Below, piece after piece: positions 36,517-45,135 of a stretch of 64,000 nt of DNA (within the stretch, counting starts at the first letter, position 1; each line of letters opens with the position of its first letter). Source of the stretch: Cyanobacteria bacterium REEB446 (lineage in GTDB: Bacteria > Cyanobacteriota > Vampirovibrionia > LMEP-6097); NCBI GenBank assembly GCA_018970325.1, contig JAGWWP010000003.1, forward strand, positions 15,737-79,736. Reading direction: 5' to 3'. Below the pieces are notes generated by a model. That model did no database searches and was not told the DNA's origin. It was given only the letters and a program-made list of their open reading frames with translations. Made by a program: the position numbers and the translations under genes.

Positions 36517-38358
36517 ATGCAACGCAAAATTACTGAACATGATTTAATACGGGAGCTAGGTAAATATAACCTTCAGGATGCTCTGCTCGAAATAGGAAAG
36601 GTATCTGAATACCTCTATGCTAATCCAGATGCCTCAGATGAAATTACTAATGGCTTTGCTTATAACGATAGGAAGGAAAAGATACTGGTCACTCAGGAGA
36701 GCCTAGCTTATTTAATTCAGTTACTTATCATCAGCGGTGCAAATGATACAAAGCCTTCATGCCTCAGTAAGAAAGGCGAGAAGCTAAATCATTTCCTCAA
36801 TGACAGTAGATATCTTTGGTATAACGTAGTTCATAAATCCCCAAAGCTGAAGCTGGAAAAAGGAAAAGAAATAAACATGAGAGATTCAGATATTTGGAAT
36901 GCTCAATTTTGGCTACATCTATGGGAAAGACAAGCTAAGTATCAAATTCAGAGAAAGTCTAACCGTAGGCACTTACTAGCTAGGCAGTATTTAATTTTTA
37001 TTAAAGCCTATAAACATCTCACGGAAAAAGATGCGAAGAAAGAAGAGTTTAAAAAACGTCATAAAAAACTATTTAGTGAAACTATTGCCACTGAAGCAAA
37101 GACCAATAGTATTAACCCAGAAATTAAATTTAAAGAAAAGTTTTCTTTATCTCTGAAGTATTTTCTAATATTTGTTTCCCTCGGAGTCCTACACGACAAA
37201 GAATTAAGTTGGCAGCGGGATAAGTATGTTTTTAATGGCTGCATAGACTACCAAAATATACGCTGGGAAGAAAAAGATCTTCAAAAAATACAAGCTCGCT
37301 TGCTTGAAGTAAATGAGTCAATAGAAAAGGATTCGATTATTAAAGCTCTAATGCCCTTCTCCCTCTCCTATAAAGAATTTCAAGAAAAAGCTAAAGAGTT
37401 AAATCCCATAAATCCACTAATGATCTATCCATTGATAAGACCTGATAGAAAATATAAAAACCGTTATCCTTTATTTCTTAGTCCTATATATCCGTATCTG
37501 AGAAACATAATTTTAGAAGATGGTCTATTTAATGCCCTAGATGATACTTATAGAGAAGAATTTAAGAGTGAAGGTCTCAGAGCTGCTCAGCCCTTTAGAA
37601 GCTTTTATGGGGATTTATTCGAGCAGTTTATTAAAGATCTATTTATTAATATCTATGGTGAAGAAAAAGTTATAGACCTAAATCTAGAAAAGGCTAAAAA
37701 GAAAGTCATAAATAAAAAAACCTTTAAAAATGAGGATCTCGTCAAAGTCTCAGATTTAAAAATTATTACGGATAAAAAAATTTATATTATTGAGATTAAA
37801 TCACTGAAATTAAACTATCACTTCGCACTTAAAGATATTTATGATGAAGATAAAATAGAAAAGAATATAGAAAAGCTCGCGGAGGGTGTTATTCAGCTTT
37901 ATAGTGAGAGTCTCGCCTGCAAACAATGTAATACTGAAATTGTCTCGAAGGAAGCCACTAAAACTAAAAAGAAAACTGAAATTATGCCAATATTAGTCAT
38001 TTCAGATCAAGCTTTTAGTTTAATTAGTACTTCAAATAAAGATGGGAACAGTATCTTCCAAGAAAAAATAATTAGCCTTGCTATTAAACATAATCTTTTA
38101 AATCCAGATAATAGAACTAAACAGCAGGGTCTAGATTTTAATTTCTATATATTGCCATTAAGATTTTTAGAAGGAAATTTTAATCGCTTAAAAAATAATG
38201 AGATTAGCTTAGAATATGCTTGTTATAAAAGTCATTCTAGGACTGTATTCTTTAATTACGATGAAAGTAAAAATACAGATAGCCCAAGCCTAGATCCTGA
38301 TATTGAGAACTCAAATAGTTATTATGATGAAGCGTTTGAAGAGTTAATGAAATTTTAA
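36517..38358 (+). CDS. hypothetical 613-aa protein with a candidate PD-(D/E)xK nuclease core
   Basis: No family recognised. GDLFEQFIKDLF helix followed by VSDLKIITDKKIYIIEIKS (a D...ExK arrangement). Lies 12 nt downstream of the AAA ATPase gene. Confidence 0.45.
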   Translation: MQRKITEHDLIRELGKYNLQDALLEIGKVSEYLYANPDASDEITNGFAYNDRKEKILVTQESLAYLIQLLIISGANDTKPSCLSKKGEKLNHFLNDSRYLWYNVVHKSPKLKLEKGKEINMRDSDIWNAQFWLHLWERQAKYQIQRKSNRRHLLARQYLIFIKAYKHLTEKDAKKEEFKKRHKKLFSETIATEAKTNSINPEIKFKEKFSLSLKYFLIFVSLGVLHDKELSWQRDKYVFNGCIDYQNIRWEEKDLQKIQARLLEVNESIEKDSIIKALMPFSLSYKEFQEKAKELNPINPLMIYPLIRPDRKYKNRYPLFLSPIYPYLRNIILEDGLFNALDDTYREEFKSEGLRAAQPFRSFYGDLFEQFIKDLFINIYGEEKVIDLNLEKAKKKVINKKTFKNEDLVKVSDLKIITDKKIYIIEIKSLKLNYHFALKDIYDEDKIEKNIEKLAEGVIQLYSESLACKQCNTEIVSKEATKTKKKTEIMPILVISDQAFSLISTSNKDGNSIFQEKIISLAIKHNLLNPDNRTKQQGLDFNFYILPLRFLEGNFNRLKNNEISLEYACYKSHSRTVFFNYDESKNTDSPSLDPDIENSNSYYDEAFEELMKF

Positions 38359-38371
38359 AACGCAGGCAGTT

Positions 38372-39586
38372 TTACCCACGATAAATCGGTAAAATAAACT
38401 TAAAAGCACTACCCTGTCCAAGCTCACTCTCACACCAGATCTTACCACCATGAGCTTCAATAATCTGCCTAGAGATCCATAAACCGAGTCCAGTGCCACC
38501 GATTTTACGTGTATCACTGTTATCTACTCGCATAAAACGCTCAAAAATCTGTCCTATATTCTCTTTAGGAATACCCATTCCATTATCACTAATGGATACA
38601 GAAATTTCATCAAAAAAATTCTCTGGACTCGCTGCCGTGACTATATCTATTTTACAGTTAATCACTTTTCTATCTGGCTTAGAAACCTCTATTGGTGAAT
38701 ACTTTATGGCATTCGAGAATAAATTATGAAATACCCTCTCTACAGCGACTACGTCACAGAGTATATAGGGCATATCAGAATTCACAGACCACTTAACCGA
38801 ATATGGTTTATGCTGATCCTGAATCTCATCCCATGCTTTTCTTGCAAGAGTCGATATCTCAACTGCCTCGAAATCGCTAAGAAATAATTCATCATTTGAC
38901 TCTAAGCGCGATAAATCAAGAAAATCATCTATTAGACCAGCGAGTTTTTTAGAAGCCTGATAGATTTCCTCTAAATATTTTTTTGTCAGCTCAGGGCTAT
39001 ATGAAGCATTTAACAAAAGCTCACTAAAGCCTAATATCGCAGACATCGGAGTCCTTAATTCGTGCGAAACAGTGCCTAATATCTGGGTCTTATTTTCGTT
39101 AAGCTTAACTAACCTTTCATTATTTAACTGAATATTCTCTAAAGCTGATAGTAAGGAAATTTGATCTAATATTGCACTCATCATTCTATTTAAAAGCTCT
39201 AAATCCTTCTTTGGGAGAGCGCCTGGGGACGGCTCGCATTCTTCAGCTTCTGCATTTTTAGCTAAATTACCAGCTGATTTAGTTCGGCTAAAAACAGTGA
39301 AGGCAGAACTAATATGGCCTTCAGTTTCTTTATGTATGTAATAAATCTTTTTAAATTCACTAGTGTCAGATTCAGTAATGGAAAATTTAGCTGCTTGCTT
39401 ATCCTCTTTCCGTGAATAATATATTTTCCCTTCGTAACCAGAAAGATAAAAATAAGCGAAGTCAGCATTTTGAGAAGAAAATTTTTCTACTAATAATTTA
39501 CAGGTCTTATTTGCAAGTTCTACAAAATTTTTAACATTTAAGATATCAATAAATTCGATTAAATTTTTGGCATCATTATTAGGCAT
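38372..39586 (-). CDS. cytoplasmic sensor histidine kinase (HisKA plus HATPase_c)
   Basis: H-box SHELRTPMSAILGFSELL, N-box and G-boxes (DNGMGIP, GGTGLGL). No TM segments. Contains a degenerate repeat copy. Confidence 0.85.
   Translation of the reverse strand: MPNNDAKNLIEFIDILNVKNFVELANKTCKLLVEKFSSQNADFAYFYLSGYEGKIYYSRKEDKQAAKFSITESDTSEFKKIYYIHKETEGHISSAFTVFSRTKSAGNLAKNAEAEECEPSPGALPKKDLELLNRMMSAILDQISLLSALENIQLNNERLVKLNENKTQILGTVSHELRTPMSAILGFSELLLNASYSPELTKKYLEEIYQASKKLAGLIDDFLDLSRLESNDELFLSDFEAVEISTLARKAWDEIQDQHKPYSVKWSVNSDMPYILCDVVAVERVFHNLFSNAIKYSPIEVSKPDRKVINCKIDIVTAASPENFFDEISVSISDNGMGIPKENIGQIFERFMRVDNSDTRKIGGTGLGLWISRQIIEAHGGKIWCESELGQGSAFKFILPIYRG
39225..39258 (-). repeat. R16: degenerate half-element inside the histidine kinase gene
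   Basis: gggacggctcgcattcttcagcttctgcattttt matches about 28 of 34 positions of the GGGACTGCTCGC-type end. Encodes KNAEAEECEPSP (compare NAEIEDCEQS in PurH). Confidence 0.65.
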
Positions 39587-39696
39587 TGCACTAGCTTTTG
39601 TATCTCAACAGGGCTTGAAAAATACTACATTTAGTCTTTTTCGATGAATCCTTAAGTTGCGGGCTTAACAGCAATATCATACAATTAAATACGATT

Positions 39697-41217
39697 ATGG
39701 ATTGGAATCTAGTATCTAAAATTCTGCTGCCTGAATTTATTATTCTTGGTGCAGTGCTTATAACCATTTTACTAAGTCTCATAGACAAGACTAAAAAATA
39801 TACTGGACTAGTAGCGACCTTCGCACTGTTTCTAGCAGCTTTGGTGGCAGCGATTAGCACTCAAGGCGAGGAAGTTACCAAAATCCTAAATTCAGCTTTT
39901 ATTTCCGATTCATTATCTAGATACTTAAGAGTTCTAATATATGGCATAGCCGCTCTTATCGCCTTAGCTGCGACTAAATATATAGAAAAGTTTGAAAGCC
40001 CTGCTGAGTATTTTCCTATATTTTTGACTGCGACACTAGGAGCAGGTTTCCTTGCTGGCGTAAATGATTTTCTCACTTTATTTATAGGACTTGAAACATT
40101 AGGACTCAGTGCTATTCTCTTAGTTTCCTACTCTAGAAAACTTCAAAAATCTAATGAATCTGCGATTAAATATCTTTTAACCGCAGCGGTAGCTACAGGT
40201 ATCTTACTGTTTGCGATTTCCTTACTCTATGGAATAACAGCTTCTACTAATTTCGCTCAAGTAGCTAGTAGAATAGTACAGTTAGAATCTATTTCTCTAC
40301 TTTCAGTACCTTTAAAAATATTAATATCAGCTTTATTGGTAGGGGCAATAGCCTTTAAACTAGCAGCAGCTCCTTTCCATAACTGGACACCAGATGTTTA
40401 TTACGGCGCACCGACGTCTAGCACTCTTTTCTTATCAGTCATTTCTAAAATAGCTGGTTTTGCGGTAGCGATAAGAGTCTTCGGAACAGTCTTTCATAAT
40501 GAATTCCTTTTACCTATGCTTTCTATCATCGCGGTACTTTCTATAATCGTCGGTAATTATGTAGGTATCATTCAAATCATCAGCAGAGGTTCAGTTAAAA
40601 AACTTTTAGCCTATTCTTCTATAGCTCAGTCTGGTTATTTATTAGTTGCACTTGCTTGTCTGAGATTAGAAAGTGTTGGCTCTTTACTGTTATACATCAC
40701 TATCTATGCGATCATGAACACCTGTGCTTTCGCCTGCGTAATATATTTTGAGCAAGAGACTGGTAGTGATAGTGTTTTCGACTTTGCAGGTTGGATTCAG
40801 AAAAAACCTATGCTTACTATTATTTTCTCTATCGCTCTCTTTAACCTAGCGGGCTTACCATTTGTTCCAGCTGGTTTTATCGCTAAATTCTTCCTCTTCT
40901 CTACATCATTTAGTTCTGGACTGATTTATGCACCATATTTAGTTATCATTGCTTTAATTGGTTCAGTTATAGCTCTTTTCTATTATTTATATTTAGCTAA
41001 ATTAATGATAGTAGATGAACCTTCCTTCGCTTTAAAGCAGTTAGAGACTGTAGAGGTAGTAGCTGTAACAGAGGGGACAAGCAAATGTGGATATTCATAT
41101 GATCCAGCAAGGCTTACAGCGATGCTATCTGTAGGTGTATTAATCATAGTAAGTATTTTTGGAATGGATTACCTTCAAGGTGTCTCAGAGATGGCTATCT
41201 ATAAGATAGGTGTTTAA
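39697..41217 (+). CDS. nuoN: NADH-quinone oxidoreductase subunit N (NdhB-like antiporter subunit)
   Basis: About 14 TM segments. Proton_antipo_M family blocks: LLPEFIILG, FKLAAAPFHNWTPDVY, LLAYSSIAQ. Confidence 0.88.
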   Translation: MDWNLVSKILLPEFIILGAVLITILLSLIDKTKKYTGLVATFALFLAALVAAISTQGEEVTKILNSAFISDSLSRYLRVLIYGIAALIALAATKYIEKFESPAEYFPIFLTATLGAGFLAGVNDFLTLFIGLETLGLSAILLVSYSRKLQKSNESAIKYLLTAAVATGILLFAISLLYGITASTNFAQVASRIVQLESISLLSVPLKILISALLVGAIAFKLAAAPFHNWTPDVYYGAPTSSTLFLSVISKIAGFAVAIRVFGTVFHNEFLLPMLSIIAVLSIIVGNYVGIIQIISRGSVKKLLAYSSIAQSGYLLVALACLRLESVGSLLLYITIYAIMNTCAFACVIYFEQETGSDSVFDFAGWIQKKPMLTIIFSIALFNLAGLPFVPAGFIAKFFLFSTSFSSGLIYAPYLVIIALIGSVIALFYYLYLAKLMIVDEPSFALKQLETVEVVAVTEGTSKCGYSYDPARLTAMLSVGVLIIVSIFGMDYLQGVSEMAIYKIGV

Positions 41218-41848
41218 GAAAATGGACGATAAAAAACTTAAGCTCTTAGAAAAAGACCTAACTGATACAGATTTAGAATTTTACTTAAAACAGGAACTTG
41301 TTTCGGTAGACTGCGAGATGATGGGTCTAAATGTTTATCGTGACAGATTGTGCCTAGTGCAGATCTCTGATGATGATCGCAATGTAAGGTTAGTTAAAAT
41401 TGAGCAAGGGCAAGATCTAGCACCTAATTTACAGAAACTATTTGAAAATGAAAATGTACTGAAGCTCTTTCACTTTGCTAGAACTGATGTGGCTTGGTTA
41501 AAATTCTGGCTGAATATTAGAGTTAAAAATTACTTCTGCACGAAGATAGCTAGTAAAATCGCTAGAACTTATACAGATAAACACGGCTTAAAAGATCTCT
41601 GCAAAGAGATTATCGGCAAAGATATTAGTAAAACTCAGCAAAGCAGTGACTGGGGCGGTTCTTACCTGAATAAAGATCAGCTTAACTACGCTGCAAATGA
41701 TGTTTATTTTCTGCCTGAAATTTATAGAACTCTGCGCACTATGCTAGTCAGAGAGGGGCGTTTAGAGTTAGCAGAAAAAGCGATTAAATGCATAGATACT
41801 ATGACGGAACTTGATAACCTTGGTTATTTAAGCATTCTAGAGCACTAG
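41210..41848 (+). CDS. DEDD 3'-5' exonuclease (RNase D-like)
   Basis: Exo I VDCEM, Exo II LFHFARTD, Exo III YAANDV. A start at the ATG at 41222 is more likely than the GTG at 41210. Confidence 0.75.
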   Translation: MFKKMDDKKLKLLEKDLTDTDLEFYLKQELVSVDCEMMGLNVYRDRLCLVQISDDDRNVRLVKIEQGQDLAPNLQKLFENENVLKLFHFARTDVAWLKFWLNIRVKNYFCTKIASKIARTYTDKHGLKDLCKEIIGKDISKTQQSSDWGGSYLNKDQLNYAANDVYFLPEIYRTLRTMLVREGRLELAEKAIKCIDTMTELDNLGYLSILEH

Positions 41849-42300
41849 GATTGAACCTGCTCATCAAGCATAAATCTCTTTTTCATTAAGACCTTCCCTG
41901 CTGGTGCGAGCTTCTCTAAGTCTTCCATCCCAGCCCAAAAGATATCATCTATCTCTGCCGCTGCCTGTATTCTACCTAAATAATCAAAGCTAAAGCAATT
42001 CATTATCACTATTCTAGGCTCCTGAAAACCGTAGGCTTCTGCCTCAAAGCGAGTAACAAGCTTTATAGACGAAGGTATAATATCTATCGTTATTTCTTCT
42101 TTACATTCTCTGATTAAAGCTTCTTCCAAACTCTCACTTGGATTTATTTTCCCACCTGGAAGATAGTAGTGTTCACGTCCACGTGAACGGCACATTAGGA
42201 CTTTATTTCCTTCTTGAATTATTCCAGCAACTACTTCAAATTTAATCATAGATGACTGCCTTTCACGGACTTTTTGAATTGCTATACTTAAGTTTTGCAT
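41845..42300 (-). CDS. NUDIX hydrolase (MutT-like)
   Basis: Nudix box GGKINPSESLEEALIRECKEEI. The true start is probably the internal MIKFEVVAGII (about 42249). Confidence 0.8.
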   Translation of the reverse strand: MQNLSIAIQKVRERQSSMIKFEVVAGIIQEGNKVLMCRSRGREHYYLPGGKINPSESLEEALIRECKEEITIDIIPSSIKLVTRFEAEAYGFQEPRIVIMNCFSFDYLGRIQAAAEIDDIFWAGMEDLEKLAPAGKVLMKKRFMLDEQVQS

Positions 42301-42301
42301 A

Positions 42302-43375
42302 ATGAACCTTACAAAATCAAATATCGAAAAAGATCAAATCGATTTTCCTGCTTTAAAAAATATAGTTTCACGCTTTCAACAAGCTCGCATACTGGTCATC
42401 GGTGATTTAATCGTTGATGAATACTTAAGAGGGATTCCCGAAAGAATATCGAGAGAAGCACCTGTAATTATTCTTCAATATATTAATTCTCGCTTTACTC
42501 TAGGAGGCTCTGCCAATGCTGCAAATAACCTTGCTAGCCTTTCTGCTAAAACCAGTTTGATGGGTGTAGTCGGGGAAGATAAAACAGCAGAACGATTAAG
42601 GGATATATGCAAAGAGAGAGATATAGAACTTTATTACTGCATAGATCCTAGCCGCCCTACCACGCTTAAAACTAGAGTTATCTCTAGTTCTAGCTCTGAT
42701 CCAGACACAGGAACAGTCTTAAAACAGCAAGTATTAAGAATAGATCATCAAATCAAAGACAAGCTAAATGACGAACTCAGTAAAAAACTTTTAGAGTCAT
42801 TTAAAGATACTATTCAAAACTACGATTTAATCCTGCTCTCAGATTATGGCAGTGGCGTACTTCATGAGGAGAATGTAAAAGAAATTATAGACTTAGCTAA
42901 GTATCATCAAAAAAAAGTCATAGTCGACAGTAATGGTAAATTTTCTAAATACGCTGGTGCTTACTGTCTTACCCCTAATCAGCCAGATGTAGAGGCGACG
43001 CTGGGCTGGAAAATTAAAACAGAAGAAGATTTATTTAAGGCTGGCATAGAGTTATTAAATCTAATCGGTACAGAGCAAATGCTTATTACTAGAGGTGCTA
43101 AAGGCATGGTTCTATTTACTAAATCAGAAGATGGCGTAAAAGCTGATCTAATTCCAGCCTTTAATATAAGTGAAGTTTTTGATGTGAGTGGCGCTGGAGA
43201 TACTGTTTCAGCCTGCTTTTCACTAGCTCTAGCCGTCGGCGCTACTAATTTAGAGGCTACTCTTTTGGGAAATATCGCAGCTAGTATAGTCGTAAGAAAA
43301 TATGGCACGGCGACGACGAATGTAGATGAACTATTACACGAGTTGGATTTTAAGGAAAAAGCTATTTCTGTTTAA
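42302..43375 (+). CDS. PfkB-family sugar kinase (RfaE/HldE domain I-like heptose-7-phosphate kinase)
   Basis: ILVIGDLIVDEY N-terminus and C-terminal DVSGAGDTV PfkB motif. Confidence 0.75.
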   Translation: MNLTKSNIEKDQIDFPALKNIVSRFQQARILVIGDLIVDEYLRGIPERISREAPVIILQYINSRFTLGGSANAANNLASLSAKTSLMGVVGEDKTAERLRDICKERDIELYYCIDPSRPTTLKTRVISSSSSDPDTGTVLKQQVLRIDHQIKDKLNDELSKKLLESFKDTIQNYDLILLSDYGSGVLHEENVKEIIDLAKYHQKKVIVDSNGKFSKYAGAYCLTPNQPDVEATLGWKIKTEEDLFKAGIELLNLIGTEQMLITRGAKGMVLFTKSEDGVKADLIPAFNISEVFDVSGAGDTVSACFSLALAVGATNLEATLLGNIAASIVVRKYGTATTNVDELLHELDFKEKAISV

Positions 43376-43399
43376 TGATAAAATTATCCATCCTCACCT

Positions 43400-45094
43400 A
43401 TGAAAAAAAAGGCTTTAATTTCTGTTTTCGATAAATCTAAGTTAGAAGAACTTTTAGAAGTTCTTGATACTGAATATGATTTTATCAGTAGCTCTGGCAC
43501 AGCGACTTTCATTAAAAATGCTGGTTATAAGGTAACTGAGGTTCAGGATCTTAGTAATTTCCCCGAAATACTTTCAGGCAGGGTGAAAACATTACATCCG
43601 AAGATTTTTGGAGCCATTCTTTATGACAGAAATAATCACCAGCACTTAGAAGAAATAGAAAAAGAGAATATAGTATCTATAGACCTTGTTATCGTTAATC
43701 TTTATCCTTTCGCAGAAGTTACCAAAAACCTTTCATTGAGTGGCACTGACTTAAATGGGACTGTAGCCAAACGAACAAGTTCAAGGCTGAGGAGGACGGA
43801 GGATCATGAGGACGACGAAAACGCAGAAATTGAAGATTGCGAGCAGTCCTATGCTGATTTAGATATAGCTATAGAAAATATAGATATAGGCGGACCAAGC
43901 CTTTTAAGAGCAGCTTCTAAAAATTTCAGGCACGTTATTACACTGTCTAATCCTGATCAATACGATGCTTTTACTGAGAGATATAAAAGTAAATCTCTAG
44001 ATCTAAATTACAGAAAACAGCTAGCTGCTGAGACTTTCAGAATGACCAGCGCCTATGATGCTGTAATAGAAAGATTTCTAGCTCAAGCTAATGCTGATTC
44101 GTTTAAGACTAATGCTGAAATTGACTTGACGGCAGAGAATTTATTACCAGAAAAGCTTACTTTAAATTTAGAAAGAGTTAAAACCTTAAGCTATGGTGAA
44201 AACCCTCATCAGCAGGCTGGTCTTTATGTAGAATCTAATTCAAAATATAGAGGGCTTGCTGATGCAAATAAACTACATGGAAAGGATCTAAGTTTTAATA
44301 ATTTACTTGATCTTTCTGCTGCCTATAACATCGTCCAAGAATATGGTCCAGAGATTCCTTGTGCCGTTATCGTTAAACACAATAATCCTTGCGGTGTCGC
44401 TATAGCTCCAAATATCACTTTAGCCTTTATAGAAGCCCTTGCAGCAGATTCTGTAAGCGCATTTGGTGGAGTGGTAGCTTTAAATAATCCCGTAGACATA
44501 GCTCTAGCAAATGAATTAAGTCAAATTTTCCTAGAAGCAGTTATAGCTCCGAGCTTCACCCCTGAAGCCTTTGCGATACTTACCCAGAAGAAAAATATCA
44601 GATTAATAGAGCATCCTAATTTTAAAAATTCTCAAAATCTTTTAGATATTAAAAAAATTGATGGTGGTTTCCTTATACAAACAGCTAATCATCAGCTTAT
44701 AGACCAGACTTTATTAAAAACCGTTACTAAGACGAGCATAGACGAAAGCCTGTGGGTGGATCTCATACTAGCTTTAAAAGTGGTTAAGCACGTTAAATCT
44801 AATGCTATAGTGACGACTCAAGGCGGCAGGACACTGGGAATCGGTGTAGGTCAGACGAATAGAGTGAAGTCAGTAGAAGATGCTCTGCGTAATTTTGATT
44901 TAGATACTAGGGGAGCAGTTATGGCTTCTGATGGTTTTTTCCCATTTGCTGATAATATACACCTTGCTGCCCAAAACCATATAGCTGCGATTATTCAACC
45001 AGGTGGTTCTATTCGTGATGAAGAAGTTATTAAAGCCTGTGACGAATTAGGGATTGCGATGGCGTTTACACATATAAGGCATTTTAAGCATTAA
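43400..45094 (+). CDS. purH: bifunctional AICAR formyltransferase / IMP cyclohydrolase with a 31-33 aa repeat insert
   Basis: MGS-like N-terminus (ALISVFDKS, RVKTLHP) and AICARFT domain. Insert VAKRTSSRLRRTEDHEDDENAEIEDCEQS. Confidence 0.93.
   Translation: MKKKALISVFDKSKLEELLEVLDTEYDFISSSGTATFIKNAGYKVTEVQDLSNFPEILSGRVKTLHPKIFGAILYDRNNHQHLEEIEKENIVSIDLVIVNLYPFAEVTKNLSLSGTDLNGTVAKRTSSRLRRTEDHEDDENAEIEDCEQSYADLDIAIENIDIGGPSLLRAASKNFRHVITLSNPDQYDAFTERYKSKSLDLNYRKQLAAETFRMTSAYDAVIERFLAQANADSFKTNAEIDLTAENLLPEKLTLNLERVKTLSYGENPHQQAGLYVESNSKYRGLADANKLHGKDLSFNNLLDLSAAYNIVQEYGPEIPCAVIVKHNNPCGVAIAPNITLAFIEALAADSVSAFGGVVALNNPVDIALANELSQIFLEAVIAPSFTPEAFAILTQKKNIRLIEHPNFKNSQNLLDIKKIDGGFLIQTANHQLIDQTLLKTVTKTSIDESLWVDLILALKVVKHVKSNAIVTTQGGRTLGIGVGQTNRVKSVEDALRNFDLDTRGAVMASDGFFPFADNIHLAAQNHIAAIIQPGGSIRDEEVIKACDELGIAMAFTHIRHFKH
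43757..43850 (+). mobile_element. R9: 94-bp internally deleted element inside purH
   Basis: Left arm gggactgtagccaaacgaacaagttcaaggctgaggaggacgga joins directly to ggatcatgaggacgacgaaaacgcagaaattgaagattgcgagcagtcc. It lacks the central palindrome. Confidence 0.9.
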
Positions 45095-45132
45095 GGACGT
45101 GTAGCGAAACTCTAATTGCTGCGTTTTCGCCC
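45095..45132 (-). repeat. R10: half-element filling the purH/prfB convergent spacer
   Basis: ggacgtgtagcgaaactctaattgctgcgttttcgccc, core with 2 mismatches. Starts 1 nt after the purH stop and ends 3 nt before the prfB stop. Confidence 0.85.
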
Positions 45133-45135
45133 GCC

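Noticed and set aside
45095-45132. Whether repeat R10 acts as a bidirectional rho-independent terminator between purH and prfB
   Set aside because: Only a short imperfect stem (GCGAAAC / GTTTTCGC) forms and there is no flanking T-run. The idea is plausible but unsupported.
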